Source of the DNA: Candidatus Wildermuthbacteria bacterium
GTDB taxonomy: Bacteria > Patescibacteriota > Minisyncoccia > Minisyncoccales > PEYH01
Direction: 5' to 3'
Assembly (NCBI GenBank): GCA_037445205.1
Contig: JBBIKX010000001.1
Span: 8,767 to 72,766, forward strand
DNA: 64,000 nt
Part shown: one piece after another, positions 29,385-39,305 of the stretch
How positions within the stretch are numbered: position 1 is the stretch's first letter
Layout: each line of letters begins with the position of its first letter
The notes under the pieces: generated by a model
Database searches by the model: none
Seen by the model: the letters and a program-made list of their open reading frames with translations, nothing else
What the model was told of the DNA's origin: nothing
Position numbers and translations under genes: made by a program

Positions 29385-30653
29385 ATGGACGAAAAATTTA
29401 TCATTGCCGGCAATAAACCGCTGAAAGGAGAAATTGAGGTCGGCGGCGCGAAAAACGCCACCTTTCCAATCTTGGCCGCCTCTCTTTTAACCGAAAAGCC
29501 ATGCGTTATAGACAATATACCTCTTATAGAAGACATTCTTAAAATGATAGAAATCATTAAAGAGTTGGGAGCAGAGGTTTTTTGGCTTGGAGATCGGAAG
29601 ATAAAGATCGTTGCGCGAAACATAGATCTTAAAAAACTAAACGAAGGTTTAGTGAAGAAATTAAGAGGATCGGTGCTTATTGCGGGATCTCTTTTGGCCC
29701 GATTTGGGGAAATAAAAATTCCCCAGCCGGGCGGATGTTTAATCGGCGCAAGGTCTATTTCCACCCACCTTGATTTATTTTCCCAATTGGGCGTAAAAAT
29801 AGATTTTCAGGATGATGGGTTTTTATTCCAAGCTCCTTTAAATATTTCTGCAAAAGAAGTTATTTTAAACGAATGCAGCGTTACTACCACCGAAAATGCC
29901 TTGCTTTTTCTCGCAAACAGACCGCAAGAAATTATTATTAAAAACGCTGATGGAGATTATCCCGTGCAAGAGCTGGCAAGGGTTTTGCAAAAAATGGGCG
30001 TCAAGATAGGGGGTTGGGGGACTCATACTATTTTGATTAAGGGAGCTAAAAAATTAGAGGGATTTGAACATAAAATAATGTATGATCCTTTAGAAGCAGG
30101 GACGTTTATTCTGCTTGCCGCAGCCACCAAGAGCAATATAATTATAAAAAATGTTGAGTTCAGATTTTTGGAAATGGTCTTGAAAAAATTAAAAGATTTC
30201 GGATTGCCGTTCGAAATTATTGATGAGAAAACAATTAAAGTTAGTCCGTGGCATCATTTAATTTTGGACAAATTGCAGGCTCTTCCGTACCCGGGCCTGC
30301 CCACAGACCTTCTGCCATTATTTGGCGTTTTGGCTACTCAGGCCGAGGGGCTGACGCTTTTACACGATCCTCTTTATGAAAATAGATTGAAATATTTAGA
30401 AGAATTAAATAAAATGGGAGCGCAGATTATTTTTGCCGATCCTCATCGGGCGATTGTAAAAGGTCCTACTGCGCTTTTTGGGATAGAAATTAACAGTCCG
30501 GATATAAGAGGCGGGGCTTCCCTGATTGTCGGCGCCTTGCTCGCCAAGGGGAAGACAATCATAAGTAATATTCATCAGATAGACAGGGGATACGAAAAAA
30601 TTGAAGAAAAGCTTCAAAAAATCGGCGCTGATATAAAAAGAGTAAAAGAATAA
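29385..30653 (+). CDS. murA: UDP-N-acetylglucosamine 1-carboxyvinyltransferase
   Basis: 422 aa; KGEIEVGGAKNA, EPSP-synthase fold. Confidence 0.93.
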   Translation: MDEKFIIAGNKPLKGEIEVGGAKNATFPILAASLLTEKPCVIDNIPLIEDILKMIEIIKELGAEVFWLGDRKIKIVARNIDLKKLNEGLVKKLRGSVLIAGSLLARFGEIKIPQPGGCLIGARSISTHLDLFSQLGVKIDFQDDGFLFQAPLNISAKEVILNECSVTTTENALLFLANRPQEIIIKNADGDYPVQELARVLQKMGVKIGGWGTHTILIKGAKKLEGFEHKIMYDPLEAGTFILLAAATKSNIIIKNVEFRFLEMVLKKLKDFGLPFEIIDEKTIKVSPWHHLILDKLQALPYPGLPTDLLPLFGVLATQAEGLTLLHDPLYENRLKYLEELNKMGAQIIFADPHRAIVKGPTALFGIEINSPDIRGGASLIVGALLAKGKTIISNIHQIDRGYEKIEEKLQKIGADIKRVKE

Positions 30654-30671
30654 TCCAAAACAATAAAAATT

Positions 30672-31679
30672 ATGATTGTAAGAAAAATAGGAATAGATCT
30701 GGGGACCTGCAATTCATTGGTTTATATTCCCAAAAAAGGAGTGATGCTTAATGAGCCGACAGTTGTTGCCGTATCTATGGATGATAATAAAATTTTGGCG
30801 GTAGGCAGGGCGGCCAAAGAAATGACGGGCCGCACGCCAGATACTATAAGAGTTTATCGCCCTCTAAAAGATGGCGTAATCGCCGATTATACGGTCACTT
30901 TGGTGATGCTTAAATATTTTATTAACAGCACAAAACCATGGTATCAGGTTTTTAAGCCAGAACTTGTTATTTCTGTGCCTGCGGGTATTACCTCCACCGA
31001 AAAGAGAGCAGTGATAGAGGCTGCTATGGAAGCGGGCGCAAAGGCGGCTTATGTCGCAAAAGAACCCATTTTGGCAGCCATAGGGGCCGGTATCCCCATT
31101 AACAGCTGTTCGGGCCATCTGATCATTGATATTGGCGGAGGAACCACAGAGGTGGCTGTTATATCTCTTGGCGGGATAGTAACCGCGCATTCGGTGCGTA
31201 TGGCGGGAGATAAAATGAATGCGGCCATATCCGACTATATAAAAAAGAAATACAACTTGGCGATAGGCGAACAAACCGCAGAAGATATAAAAATAAAAAT
31301 CGGCACTGCTCTTTCTGAAAGAAAAGAAATGTTTATAGAGGCAAAAGGAAGAGATTTGATTTCCGGACTTCCAAGGGTGATAAAATTTTCATCAAATGAG
31401 GTATGCGAGGCCATTTCAAACGTTTTAAGCGATATAGTTCAGGCAGTAAAAATGGTTTTAAAAGAAACGCCCCCTGAGCTTGCCGCAGATATTATGGATA
31501 AGGGGATGGTGCTTTCCGGAGGCGGTGCGCTGCTCAGGAACATAGATCAATTAATTGCGAAAATGACAGGAGTGCCTTGTTTTGTGGCGGATGAACCGCT
31601 ATTTTGCGTTGTAAAAGGAACGGGAGTGGTTTTGGAAAATTTGGAGACATATAAAAAGAGCATTATGACAAAACATTAA
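30672..31679 (+). CDS. mreB: Rod shape-determining protein MreB (paralog 1)
   Basis: 335 aa; IGIDLGTCNSLVY, actin-fold motifs. Confidence 0.9.
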   Translation: MIVRKIGIDLGTCNSLVYIPKKGVMLNEPTVVAVSMDDNKILAVGRAAKEMTGRTPDTIRVYRPLKDGVIADYTVTLVMLKYFINSTKPWYQVFKPELVISVPAGITSTEKRAVIEAAMEAGAKAAYVAKEPILAAIGAGIPINSCSGHLIIDIGGGTTEVAVISLGGIVTAHSVRMAGDKMNAAISDYIKKKYNLAIGEQTAEDIKIKIGTALSERKEMFIEAKGRDLISGLPRVIKFSSNEVCEAISNVLSDIVQAVKMVLKETPPELAADIMDKGMVLSGGGALLRNIDQLIAKMTGVPCFVADEPLFCVVKGTGVVLENLETYKKSIMTKH

Positions 31680-31686
31680 TAATTTT

Positions 31687-32598
31687 ATGATTATAGGACA
31701 CCAAAAAGAATGGGAGTTCTTAAAAAAAAGCGCAGAGAAAAGAAGCTTATCCCATGCCTATCTTTTTTATGGGCCCCAAAGCGTGGGCAAGAGGAAAGTG
31801 GCAATGGAATTTGCAAAATATCTTAATTGTAAAGATCATATTAAAAATAACCCATGCCAGAAGTGCATAGTCTGTTATCAGATAGAAGGAAAATTTTATC
31901 CGGACCTGTCTTTGGTGGAAAAAAAATTGGACGAACAAGCAATAGGCATAGAGCAGATAAAAGATTTAAAAGCGAAACTTTCTTTATCCTGCGCTCTTGA
32001 AGGTCATAAGACAGCGATAATTGATCAAGCCCATCTTATGACCCACGATGCGCAAAACGCCCTTTTAAAACAGCTAGAAGAACCCAAAGGCAAAACGATT
32101 ATTATCTTGATTGCAGAGCATCCTCATCGTCTTCTGGGAACAGTTCTTTCAAGATGCCAAAAAATAAGATTTTCCCCCGTGCCTTCATATTTAATAAAAG
32201 AATATTTTCCGAAAAACGAAGCGTTAAAAGAAAATCATTTATATGCATTGGGGAGGCCCGGAATTGTTTTTGGTGCCTTAGCCAATCCCCAAACAGACGC
32301 CAAAAGAAAAAAACTGGAACAAGATATGATACAATTAAAACAGGCAAGTTTTCATGAAAGATTCTCTTATGCAAAAAAAATAATTAAAAACGGCGGGGAA
32401 ATCTCTGAAATATTTGGAATTTGGATTCTTTATCTAAGAAACCTTATGCAAAATTATTTAGAGAAGAAAAAAAACAATATTTGGAATTTAAAAGAATTAA
32501 GAAAAATTATATCTTTGGCTCAGGAAATGCAACATCTTATAGATACCTCTAATGTGAACAAACAATTAGCGCTAGAATTATTTTTAATGGAAATATGA
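31687..32598 (+). CDS. holB: DNA polymerase III delta-prime subunit
   Basis: 303 aa; AYLFYGPQSVGKRKVA Walker A, zinc-module C-x2-C. Confidence 0.85.
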   Translation: MIIGHQKEWEFLKKSAEKRSLSHAYLFYGPQSVGKRKVAMEFAKYLNCKDHIKNNPCQKCIVCYQIEGKFYPDLSLVEKKLDEQAIGIEQIKDLKAKLSLSCALEGHKTAIIDQAHLMTHDAQNALLKQLEEPKGKTIIILIAEHPHRLLGTVLSRCQKIRFSPVPSYLIKEYFPKNEALKENHLYALGRPGIVFGALANPQTDAKRKKLEQDMIQLKQASFHERFSYAKKIIKNGGEISEIFGIWILYLRNLMQNYLEKKKNNIWNLKELRKIISLAQEMQHLIDTSNVNKQLALELFLMEI

Positions 32599-33149
32599 AC
32601 AATTTAGTGAACAATTTTAAAAACGAGATGGAAAAAATATCAACTTTTTTTAGAAACGAATTGCAAAGATTAAGAACGGGCAGAGCGAGCCCCCTCATCG
32701 TGGAAGATATTTTAGTGGATTGTTACAACACAAAAATGAAGTTAAAACAGGTGGCGGCTATTTCTTGTCCGGAGCATCGCCAGATTCTTATCCAACCATG
32801 GGACAGGACAATCACAGAGCATATTGTTAAAGCCCTTAGCGCAAGCGATCTTGGCACAAGTCCGATTGTAGACAAGCAGTTTATCAGGATTAACTTGCCC
32901 TCGCTCACAGAAGAGTTTCGCAAGAATTTAATAACCCAGATTTCCAGAAAAGAAGAAGAATCCAGGGAGGCAATTAGAAAATGGAGAGATTATTTCTTAA
33001 AAGAATTACAAAAGCAGTTTCAAGAAAAGCAGATTTCCGAAGACGATAAATTCAGGACAAAAGATGAAATACAAAAAATAGTGGATGAATACAACAAAAA
33101 ATTAGCGGATATTGCCAAATTAAAAGAAAAAGAAATTTTAGAATCCTAA
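32595..33149 (+). CDS. frr: Ribosome recycling factor
   Basis: 184 aa; RRF family. Confidence 0.93.
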   Translation: MNNLVNNFKNEMEKISTFFRNELQRLRTGRASPLIVEDILVDCYNTKMKLKQVAAISCPEHRQILIQPWDRTITEHIVKALSASDLGTSPIVDKQFIRINLPSLTEEFRKNLITQISRKEEESREAIRKWRDYFLKELQKQFQEKQISEDDKFRTKDEIQKIVDEYNKKLADIAKLKEKEILES

Positions 33150-33152
33150 TTT

Positions 33153-34274
33153 ATGATTGCTTTTATCGTTGCTATTTTTATTTTAAGCTTCCTTATTTTT
33201 ATCCACGAACTTGGGCATTTTCTTGCCGCAAAAAAAGCCAATATTTTGGTTGAAGAGTTTGGATTTGGATACCCGCCAAGAATATTTGGAAAGAAAATCG
33301 GCGAAACGATATATTCGCTAAACATTATTCCCTTCGGGGGTTTTGTAAAAATCAGGGGAGAGAGCGGGCCCTTAGAAGACAAAAATGCGGACAAAAGGAG
33401 TTTTTTCTTGCAAAAGCCAAAAATGAAGGCAAAAATTCTTTTAGCGGGCGTTTTGGCGAACGCTTTTTTGGCGGTAGTTATTTTTTATTTTATTCTGATA
33501 AGCCAAAATTTCTCCTTTCATCTTCCGTCTTTTTATAATCATCGCTTTATTTTCGGGGAGCAGAAAAGTTTTCCCGCAGTGGCGCTGGTGCTTGATGATT
33601 CCCCCGCCCAAGAATCAGGGCTTAGGATATACGATTTGATTATTTCAGCCAATGATCAGTATATTTCAGGTGCCCGTCAATTTATTGATTTTATCAACCA
33701 AAGAAAGGGCGAGACAGTCGCGCTTCATGTTAGGAATTTAAATGATAATCTGGAAAAGACGATTATGGTGTCTTTGCCTATCAATGCGCCAGATAAAAAA
33801 GTCTTGGGGGCGGGAATTCAGGATATGATAAATATAAGATACAATTCTGGCTTAGAAAAAATCTTTTCGGGATTTTTTCATTCAATTAATATCATTGATT
33901 ATTCCTTCGCCATCTCGGGAAATTTGATTAAACAATCATTTGCTACAAAAGAGATAGCTCCTCTCGCGAATTTGGCAGTAGGTCCGGTGGGCATAATCGC
34001 TTTGACAAAAAATATTCTTAGCGGAGGGGTTTTGGCGCTTTTGAATTTCTTGGCAATTTTTTCGCTGGGCTTGGCGCTGGTAAACGTCCTGCCCATTCCG
34101 GCGGCAGACGGGGGAAGATTGGTTTTTGTAGCATATGAGGCCATATTCAAAAAAACCGCTCCGCCTAAATTTGAAAGGAATTTCAACCTTGTGGGATATA
34201 TTTTCCTTATTGTATTGTCAATTATCATCGCCGCAAAAGATATTATCCAATTTAGGGATATTTTATTTAAATAA
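33153..34274 (+). CDS. rseP: Site-2 protease RseP-like zinc metalloprotease (with PDZ)
   Basis: 373 aa; HELGHFLAAK HExxH in TM; PDZ-like middle. Confidence 0.85.
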   Translation: MIAFIVAIFILSFLIFIHELGHFLAAKKANILVEEFGFGYPPRIFGKKIGETIYSLNIIPFGGFVKIRGESGPLEDKNADKRSFFLQKPKMKAKILLAGVLANAFLAVVIFYFILISQNFSFHLPSFYNHRFIFGEQKSFPAVALVLDDSPAQESGLRIYDLIISANDQYISGARQFIDFINQRKGETVALHVRNLNDNLEKTIMVSLPINAPDKKVLGAGIQDMINIRYNSGLEKIFSGFFHSINIIDYSFAISGNLIKQSFATKEIAPLANLAVGPVGIIALTKNILSGGVLALLNFLAIFSLGLALVNVLPIPAADGGRLVFVAYEAIFKKTAPPKFERNFNLVGYIFLIVLSIIIAAKDIIQFRDILFK

Positions 34275-34286
34275 CCTTGTTTTTAT

Positions 34287-35540
34287 ATGAGGCAATCGCA
34301 ATTATTTTATAAAACAGAAAAAGTTTTGCCGGACAAAAAAGAGGCGATATCCCATGAGCTTTTAAAAAAAGCCGGCTTTATAAACCAATTGGCTTCAGGG
34401 CTTTATAGTTTATTGCCGCTGGGGTTTTTAGTCCATAAAAAAATTGAAAATATCATTCGCGAAGAAATGAAGAATATCGGCGCCCAAGAAGTATTTTTGC
34501 CCGCCCTGCAGCCAAAAGAAATTTGGGAAAAGACAAAAAGATGGAATACTATTGATCCTCCGCTCTTTAAGCTAAAAGACAGGCACCAAAAAGAATTTGC
34601 CCTTGGGTCTACGCATGAGGAAGTAATCAGCGATCTTGCGCGCCTTAAAATTAAATCTTACCGAGATTTGCCGGCGGCGCTTTTTCAGATTCAAACAAAA
34701 TTCAGAAACGAATTAAGATTTTCCGGGGGTCTTTTAAGGGCCAGAGAGTTTGTTATGAAAGATCTTTACAGCTTCCATCGAGATAAAGAAGATTTTGAGA
34801 AATATTATAAAAAGGCTATGGGCGCCTATCTTAAAATTTTTAAGCGATGCGGACTTAGGGCGGTTGTAACAGAAGCTTCGGGACAGGGATTTACAAAATC
34901 CGCTACTCACGAATTTCAGATTTTAACGCCGGCCGGCGAAGATAAAATAATTTTTTGCAAAAATTGTGCTTTTTCTCAAAATCAAGAAATCGCCCGGCAA
35001 AATGAAGGAGAAAAATGTTTAAATTGCAATAAGGGCGTTTTAGAGCTTAAGAGGGGAATAGAGGTGGGAAACATTTTTCCTTTGGAAGATAAGTATTCCA
35101 ATGATTTTGACCTTTATTTTGTTGATAAAGACAATAAAAAAAAGCCCGTTATTATGGGATGTTATGGAATCGGACTGGGAAGGTTGATGGCCGCCGCTGT
35201 TGAGATAAACTGCGATAAAAAAGGAATTGTCTGGCCAAAAGAGATAGCGCCCTACAGCGTGCATTTGCTTGCCATAGATTTAAAAGATAAAAAAGTTTTT
35301 CATCAGGCGGAAAGTTTTTATCAAAGTTTACAAGGCGCGGGTATGGGGGTATTATATGACGACAGACCGCAGACAAGCGCAGGAGAGAAATTTTTTGAAT
35401 CAGATTTGATAGGGATACCCAAAAGAATTGTTATCAGCAAAAAAACGCTGGGCGGGAATAAAATAGAATTAAAAGAGCGAAAGAGCGACAATTTGAAACT
35501 GATCAGCCGGAAACAGGCGTTAGGAGAATTAAAATTATGA
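34287..35540 (+). CDS. proS: Prolyl-tRNA synthetase (short form without editing insertion)
   Basis: 417 aa; class II aaRS motifs. Confidence 0.9.
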   Translation: MRQSQLFYKTEKVLPDKKEAISHELLKKAGFINQLASGLYSLLPLGFLVHKKIENIIREEMKNIGAQEVFLPALQPKEIWEKTKRWNTIDPPLFKLKDRHQKEFALGSTHEEVISDLARLKIKSYRDLPAALFQIQTKFRNELRFSGGLLRAREFVMKDLYSFHRDKEDFEKYYKKAMGAYLKIFKRCGLRAVVTEASGQGFTKSATHEFQILTPAGEDKIIFCKNCAFSQNQEIARQNEGEKCLNCNKGVLELKRGIEVGNIFPLEDKYSNDFDLYFVDKDNKKKPVIMGCYGIGLGRLMAAAVEINCDKKGIVWPKEIAPYSVHLLAIDLKDKKVFHQAESFYQSLQGAGMGVLYDDRPQTSAGEKFFESDLIGIPKRIVISKKTLGGNKIELKERKSDNLKLISRKQALGELKL

Positions 35541-36604
35541 TAAAAAATTTATTTTCAAACTTTGGAAAAGATATTGCCATAGATCTGGGTACGGCCAATA
35601 CGCTGGTTTATGTGAAAGGAGAGGGGATAGTAATTCGGGAACCCTCGGTTGTGGCGCTCAACCAAAAAACTGGAAAAATTTTGGCAATTGGACAAGAGGC
35701 AAAGAAAATGATCGGCCGCACGCCTTCCCATATTTTGGCAATCAAACCGCTAAGGAATGGCGTCATATCCGATTTTGAAGTGGCAGAGCAGATGTTAAGG
35801 TATTTTATTCAGAAATCATATAAAAGGAATATTGTTTTTCCAAGGCCCCGAATTATTATTGGCATTCCATGCGGGCTGACAGACGTAGAAAGAAGGGCAG
35901 TCAGAGATGCCGCAAAAAATACCGGAGCAAAAAGCGTATTCTTGGTGGAACAGCCGATGGCCAGCGCAATCGGCGCAAGGCTGCCCGTTAACGACCCCGG
36001 AGGAAATTTTGTTGTTGACATTGGGGGAGGCACTACTGAAATAGCCGTTATATCTCTTGGCGGGATAGTTCTTTCCAAGAGCTTGAAAATCGCGGGAGAT
36101 AAATTAAACGACGATATCATCAATTATGTCCAAGAAGAATATCGTCTTTTGATAGGGGAAAGAACCGCAGAGCAGATAAAAATGCATCTTGGAAGCGCTT
36201 GCCATGTAAAAGAAAAAGAAGGCGCTCCCGTAAAAAAGGAATTGCCAATGAGGGGGCGAAATCTTATTACCGGCCTTCCCGAAGAAGTAATTATTACGCA
36301 AGATGACGTGCGCAGGTCTCTTGAGAAATCAATAAAAGAGGTTGTTATGGCAGTAAAGGATACAATCGAGGCAACCCCTCCCGAGCTTGTTTCCGATATT
36401 ATGACTAAAAATATTTATCTCTCAGGAGGAGGAGCGCTTTTGAAGGGAATAGATGTTTTGATATCAAAGGAAACGAGGATTCCGACAAAAATTGTGGAAG
36501 ATCCCTTAACTGCGGTTGTGAGAGGTGCGGGCATGGTTTTGGAAAATCTTGAGATATTCAAAGATGTTTTAACCCAGCCCCAAGAAGTTCAGATTCCGCA
36601 ATAA
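35537..36604 (+). CDS. mreB: Rod shape-determining protein MreB/Mbl (paralog 2)
   Basis: 355 aa; IAIDLGTANTLVYV. Confidence 0.9.
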   Translation: MIKNLFSNFGKDIAIDLGTANTLVYVKGEGIVIREPSVVALNQKTGKILAIGQEAKKMIGRTPSHILAIKPLRNGVISDFEVAEQMLRYFIQKSYKRNIVFPRPRIIIGIPCGLTDVERRAVRDAAKNTGAKSVFLVEQPMASAIGARLPVNDPGGNFVVDIGGGTTEIAVISLGGIVLSKSLKIAGDKLNDDIINYVQEEYRLLIGERTAEQIKMHLGSACHVKEKEGAPVKKELPMRGRNLITGLPEEVIITQDDVRRSLEKSIKEVVMAVKDTIEATPPELVSDIMTKNIYLSGGGALLKGIDVLISKETRIPTKIVEDPLTAVVRGAGMVLENLEIFKDVLTQPQEVQIPQ

Positions 36605-36611
36605 TAAAAAA

Positions 36612-36899
36612 ATGATCACAGAAAAAGAAGTAATACATATTGCAGGGCTCGCGCGCATTAATCTTTCAGAAAAAGAAATTGAAAAGATGAAAAATGAACT
36701 TTCTTTGATTTTGGAATACATCAAGAAATTAAAAGAGCTTGATTTAGAAAATGTTTTGCCGACCACGCACTGCGCGGAATTAAAAAATATTACAAGAGAG
36801 GACATTTCGTCCAAAAGAGACGAGAGGGTGGCTGACTCTTTAAAAAATCTGGCTCCTCAAAAAGAGCAGAAATATATTAAAACAAAATCAGTTTTTTGA
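36612..36899 (+). CDS. gatC: Asp/Glu-tRNA amidotransferase subunit C
   Basis: 95 aa; precedes gatA. Confidence 0.85.
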   Translation: MITEKEVIHIAGLARINLSEKEIEKMKNELSLILEYIKKLKELDLENVLPTTHCAELKNITREDISSKRDERVADSLKNLAPQKEQKYIKTKSVF

Positions 36900-36900
36900 A

Positions 36901-38340
36901 ATGAATTTTTCTGACCTATCTATAAAGGAGATTCATAATGGGTTAAAAAGCAAAAAATTTTCCTGCCGGGAGTTAACCGATTTTTATTTGAGCAAAATTG
37001 AAGAGTGGAATCCGAAAATCAATGCCTATCTTTGGATTTTTTTTGATCAGGCGCGCTATCTTGCTCAAGAAATTGATGAATTAATAGCGCAGGAGAAAGA
37101 GATCCATCTTCTTTCGGGAATTCCCTGCGCGATCAAAGACAATATTGCAATAAGGGGCCAAAAAGCGAGCGCCGGCTCCAAAATACTCAAAAATTATATT
37201 GCACCCTATGATGCGTTCGTTATAGAAAAGTTGAAGTCAAAAAATAGCGTTATACTCGGGAAAACTAATTTAGATGAGTTTGCGGTGGGCTCTTCGGGAG
37301 AACATTCCGCATACGGGCCCACAAAAAATCCCTTAGACCATAAACTTGTTCCGGGCGGATCATCTTCGGGATCAGCGGCGGCAGTCAGCCAAAAAATGTG
37401 CGTTTTTTCATTGGGTTCGGACACGGGCGGATCCGTGAGGCAGCCCGCCTCATTTTGCGGAGTTGTGGGATTAAAACCAACCTATGGGGCGGTTTCTCGG
37501 CATGGATTGATAGCTATGGCTTCATCGCTGGATCAAATAGGCCCCATCGCAAAAACAGTTGAAGATGCAGAAATCGTTTTTGAGGCGATTAGAGGACAAG
37601 ACAAAATGGATTCAACCAGCTTTGAAAAAAAAGAAGAAGATTTTGAAAAGAAGCTTCAGGCAGAGAAATTTAAAATCGGAATCGTGAAAGAAGGGATGGG
37701 CGAGGGGATAGACAATGAAGTTCTTGCGTCTTTTAAAAAAACGATAGAAAATATAAGAAAAGAAGGAGTCAGCCTGGAAGAAATTAGCCTGCCCCACCTG
37801 CATTACGGACTCGCCTGTTATTATATTTTGATGACTGCGGAAGTTTCAAGCAATCTTGCAAGGTATGATGGAATAAAATATGGCCAATCAAAGAAAGACG
37901 CAAAAAATCTTTTAGATATTTATTTTGAAACAAGGAAAGAGTTTTTTGGACCGGAGGTGAAGCGAAGAATAATGCTTGGGACTTACTGTCTGTCATCGGG
38001 CTATTACGAGTCTTATTATTTAAAAGCCCAAAGAACAAGGACAAAAATAGTAGAGGATTTCAAAAGCGCATTCAAAAAAGTGGATTTGCTGTTAATGCCC
38101 ACCTCCTCCACTCTTCCATTCAGATTGGGCGAGAGGATAGACAATCCTTTGTCAATGTATCTTGCAGATTTGTTAACCGTTCCTGTTAATCTTTCAGGGC
38201 TTCCCGCCATTTCCATCCCTTTCAAGGACAAAAAGAAATTTCCGATAGGCATTCAGCTTATTGCTCCGGCCTTTGGAGAAAAAAAGATATTTGAATTTGG
38301 AAAATTTTTTGAGAAAATATGTCAATCCAAAACAACATAA
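36901..38340 (+). CDS. gatA: Asp/Glu-tRNA amidotransferase subunit A
   Basis: 479 aa; amidase signature GGSSGGSAAAV. Confidence 0.93.
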   Translation: MNFSDLSIKEIHNGLKSKKFSCRELTDFYLSKIEEWNPKINAYLWIFFDQARYLAQEIDELIAQEKEIHLLSGIPCAIKDNIAIRGQKASAGSKILKNYIAPYDAFVIEKLKSKNSVILGKTNLDEFAVGSSGEHSAYGPTKNPLDHKLVPGGSSSGSAAAVSQKMCVFSLGSDTGGSVRQPASFCGVVGLKPTYGAVSRHGLIAMASSLDQIGPIAKTVEDAEIVFEAIRGQDKMDSTSFEKKEEDFEKKLQAEKFKIGIVKEGMGEGIDNEVLASFKKTIENIRKEGVSLEEISLPHLHYGLACYYILMTAEVSSNLARYDGIKYGQSKKDAKNLLDIYFETRKEFFGPEVKRRIMLGTYCLSSGYYESYYLKAQRTRTKIVEDFKSAFKKVDLLLMPTSSTLPFRLGERIDNPLSMYLADLLTVPVNLSGLPAISIPFKDKKKFPIGIQLIAPAFGEKKIFEFGKFFEKICQSKTT

Positions 38341-38945
38341 TCAATATTCCCAATTACGATTTTGAGGGGTTATTTTCTTATCTTTTAAGGATTGTTCAGG
38401 GATTTAAAATTCCCTTCATTGTTGTTTCTTTAATATTGCTTGCCGGAATTGTATATTTTATGGTTTTTACGGATTATCTTTATTACAAATACTTTGAGCA
38501 ATGGGAGGAATATACCAAATGGAAAGCGATGCATAAAATTCCCCGCAGAAAAAAAAGGAAAATCATCCAAAAGGAAAATCCGCTCTCCATGGCGCCGTCC
38601 CTGCCCGCAGAAGAGTCAATCATAAAAGAATCAAAACCGCCGGGGGAGTGGGAAAGGATTTTTGAAAAGCTTAAAAGCCAAAAAGGCATTGATTATAAAT
38701 TGGCGCTTGTTGACGCAGACAGATTGCTTGCCAAAAAATTAGAAGAAGCGGGAATCGCGGGAAGGAATTTAGATCAGCAAATAGAAAATGTTCCTCCGGA
38801 TTTTAAAATGGATTTGTCCCAGATTAAAAAGGCGCGAAATCTTTTAAAAGAGGTATTTTTGGAAGAAAAAAAGAAGACTGCGAAAAGCTCTGTTAAAGAG
38901 GCAATTGAGGTGTATAAAAATGCGTTTGACGCAGTAAAAATTTGA
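38319..38945 (+). CDS. Hypothetical membrane-anchored protein
   Basis: 208 aa; one TM; overlaps gatA end by 22 nt. Confidence 0.6.
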   Translation: MSIQNNIINIPNYDFEGLFSYLLRIVQGFKIPFIVVSLILLAGIVYFMVFTDYLYYKYFEQWEEYTKWKAMHKIPRRKKRKIIQKENPLSMAPSLPAEESIIKESKPPGEWERIFEKLKSQKGIDYKLALVDADRLLAKKLEEAGIAGRNLDQQIENVPPDFKMDLSQIKKARNLLKEVFLEEKKKTAKSSVKEAIEVYKNAFDAVKI

Positions 38946-38976
38946 TTTTTTCTAAAAATCAATATATAAATACGAT

Positions 38977-39050
38977 AGCGGGGTGGACCAGTAGTAGGTC
39001 GCGGGTCTCATAAGCCCGAAGCGTTGGTGCAATTCCAGCCCCCGCTACCA
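38977..39050 (+). tRNA. tRNA-Met (anticodon CAT; could be initiator, elongator or Ile2-lysidine type) with encoded CCA
   Basis: Hand-folded cloverleaf: acceptor AGCGGGG/CCCCGCT, anticodon loop CTCATAA, ends ACCA. Confidence 0.85.
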
Positions 39051-39084
39051 GTTTAAAAATAAAAAATTTTAATTTTTCTCTGTG

Positions 39085-39156
39085 GCCGGTGTAGCTCAGT
39101 GGCAGAGCAAACGTTTCATAAGCGTTGGGTCGTTGGTTCAATTCCAACCACCGGCA
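39085..39156 (+). tRNA. tRNA-Met (anticodon CAT), second copy/isoacceptor, no encoded CCA
   Basis: Acceptor GCCGGTG/CACCGGC, anticodon loop TTCATAA, T-loop TTCAATT. Confidence 0.85.
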
Positions 39157-39175
39157 AAAATTGAGAATATATTAT

Positions 39176-39250
39176 GGACCCATGGTGTAGCCCGGTTAAC
39201 ACATCTCCCTGTCACGGAGAAGATCAGGGGTTCAAATCCCCTTGGGTCCG
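39176..39250 (+). tRNA. tRNA-Asp (anticodon GTC)
   Basis: Acceptor GGACCCA/TGGGTCC, anticodon loop CTGTCAC, T-arm AGGGG-TTCAAAT-CCCCT. Confidence 0.9.
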
Positions 39251-39253
39251 CAA
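39235..39253 (+). repeat. Direct repeat copy 1 (AATCCCCTTGGGTCCGCAA) = 3' end of tRNA-Asp; putative attL
   Basis: Identical 19-mer recurs at 40465-40483. Confidence 0.7.
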
Positions 39254-39305
39254 TACGAGATTTGTCAAAGATTCTGTTTCGCAATCAACGCGGAAGTGAC
39301 AATTT

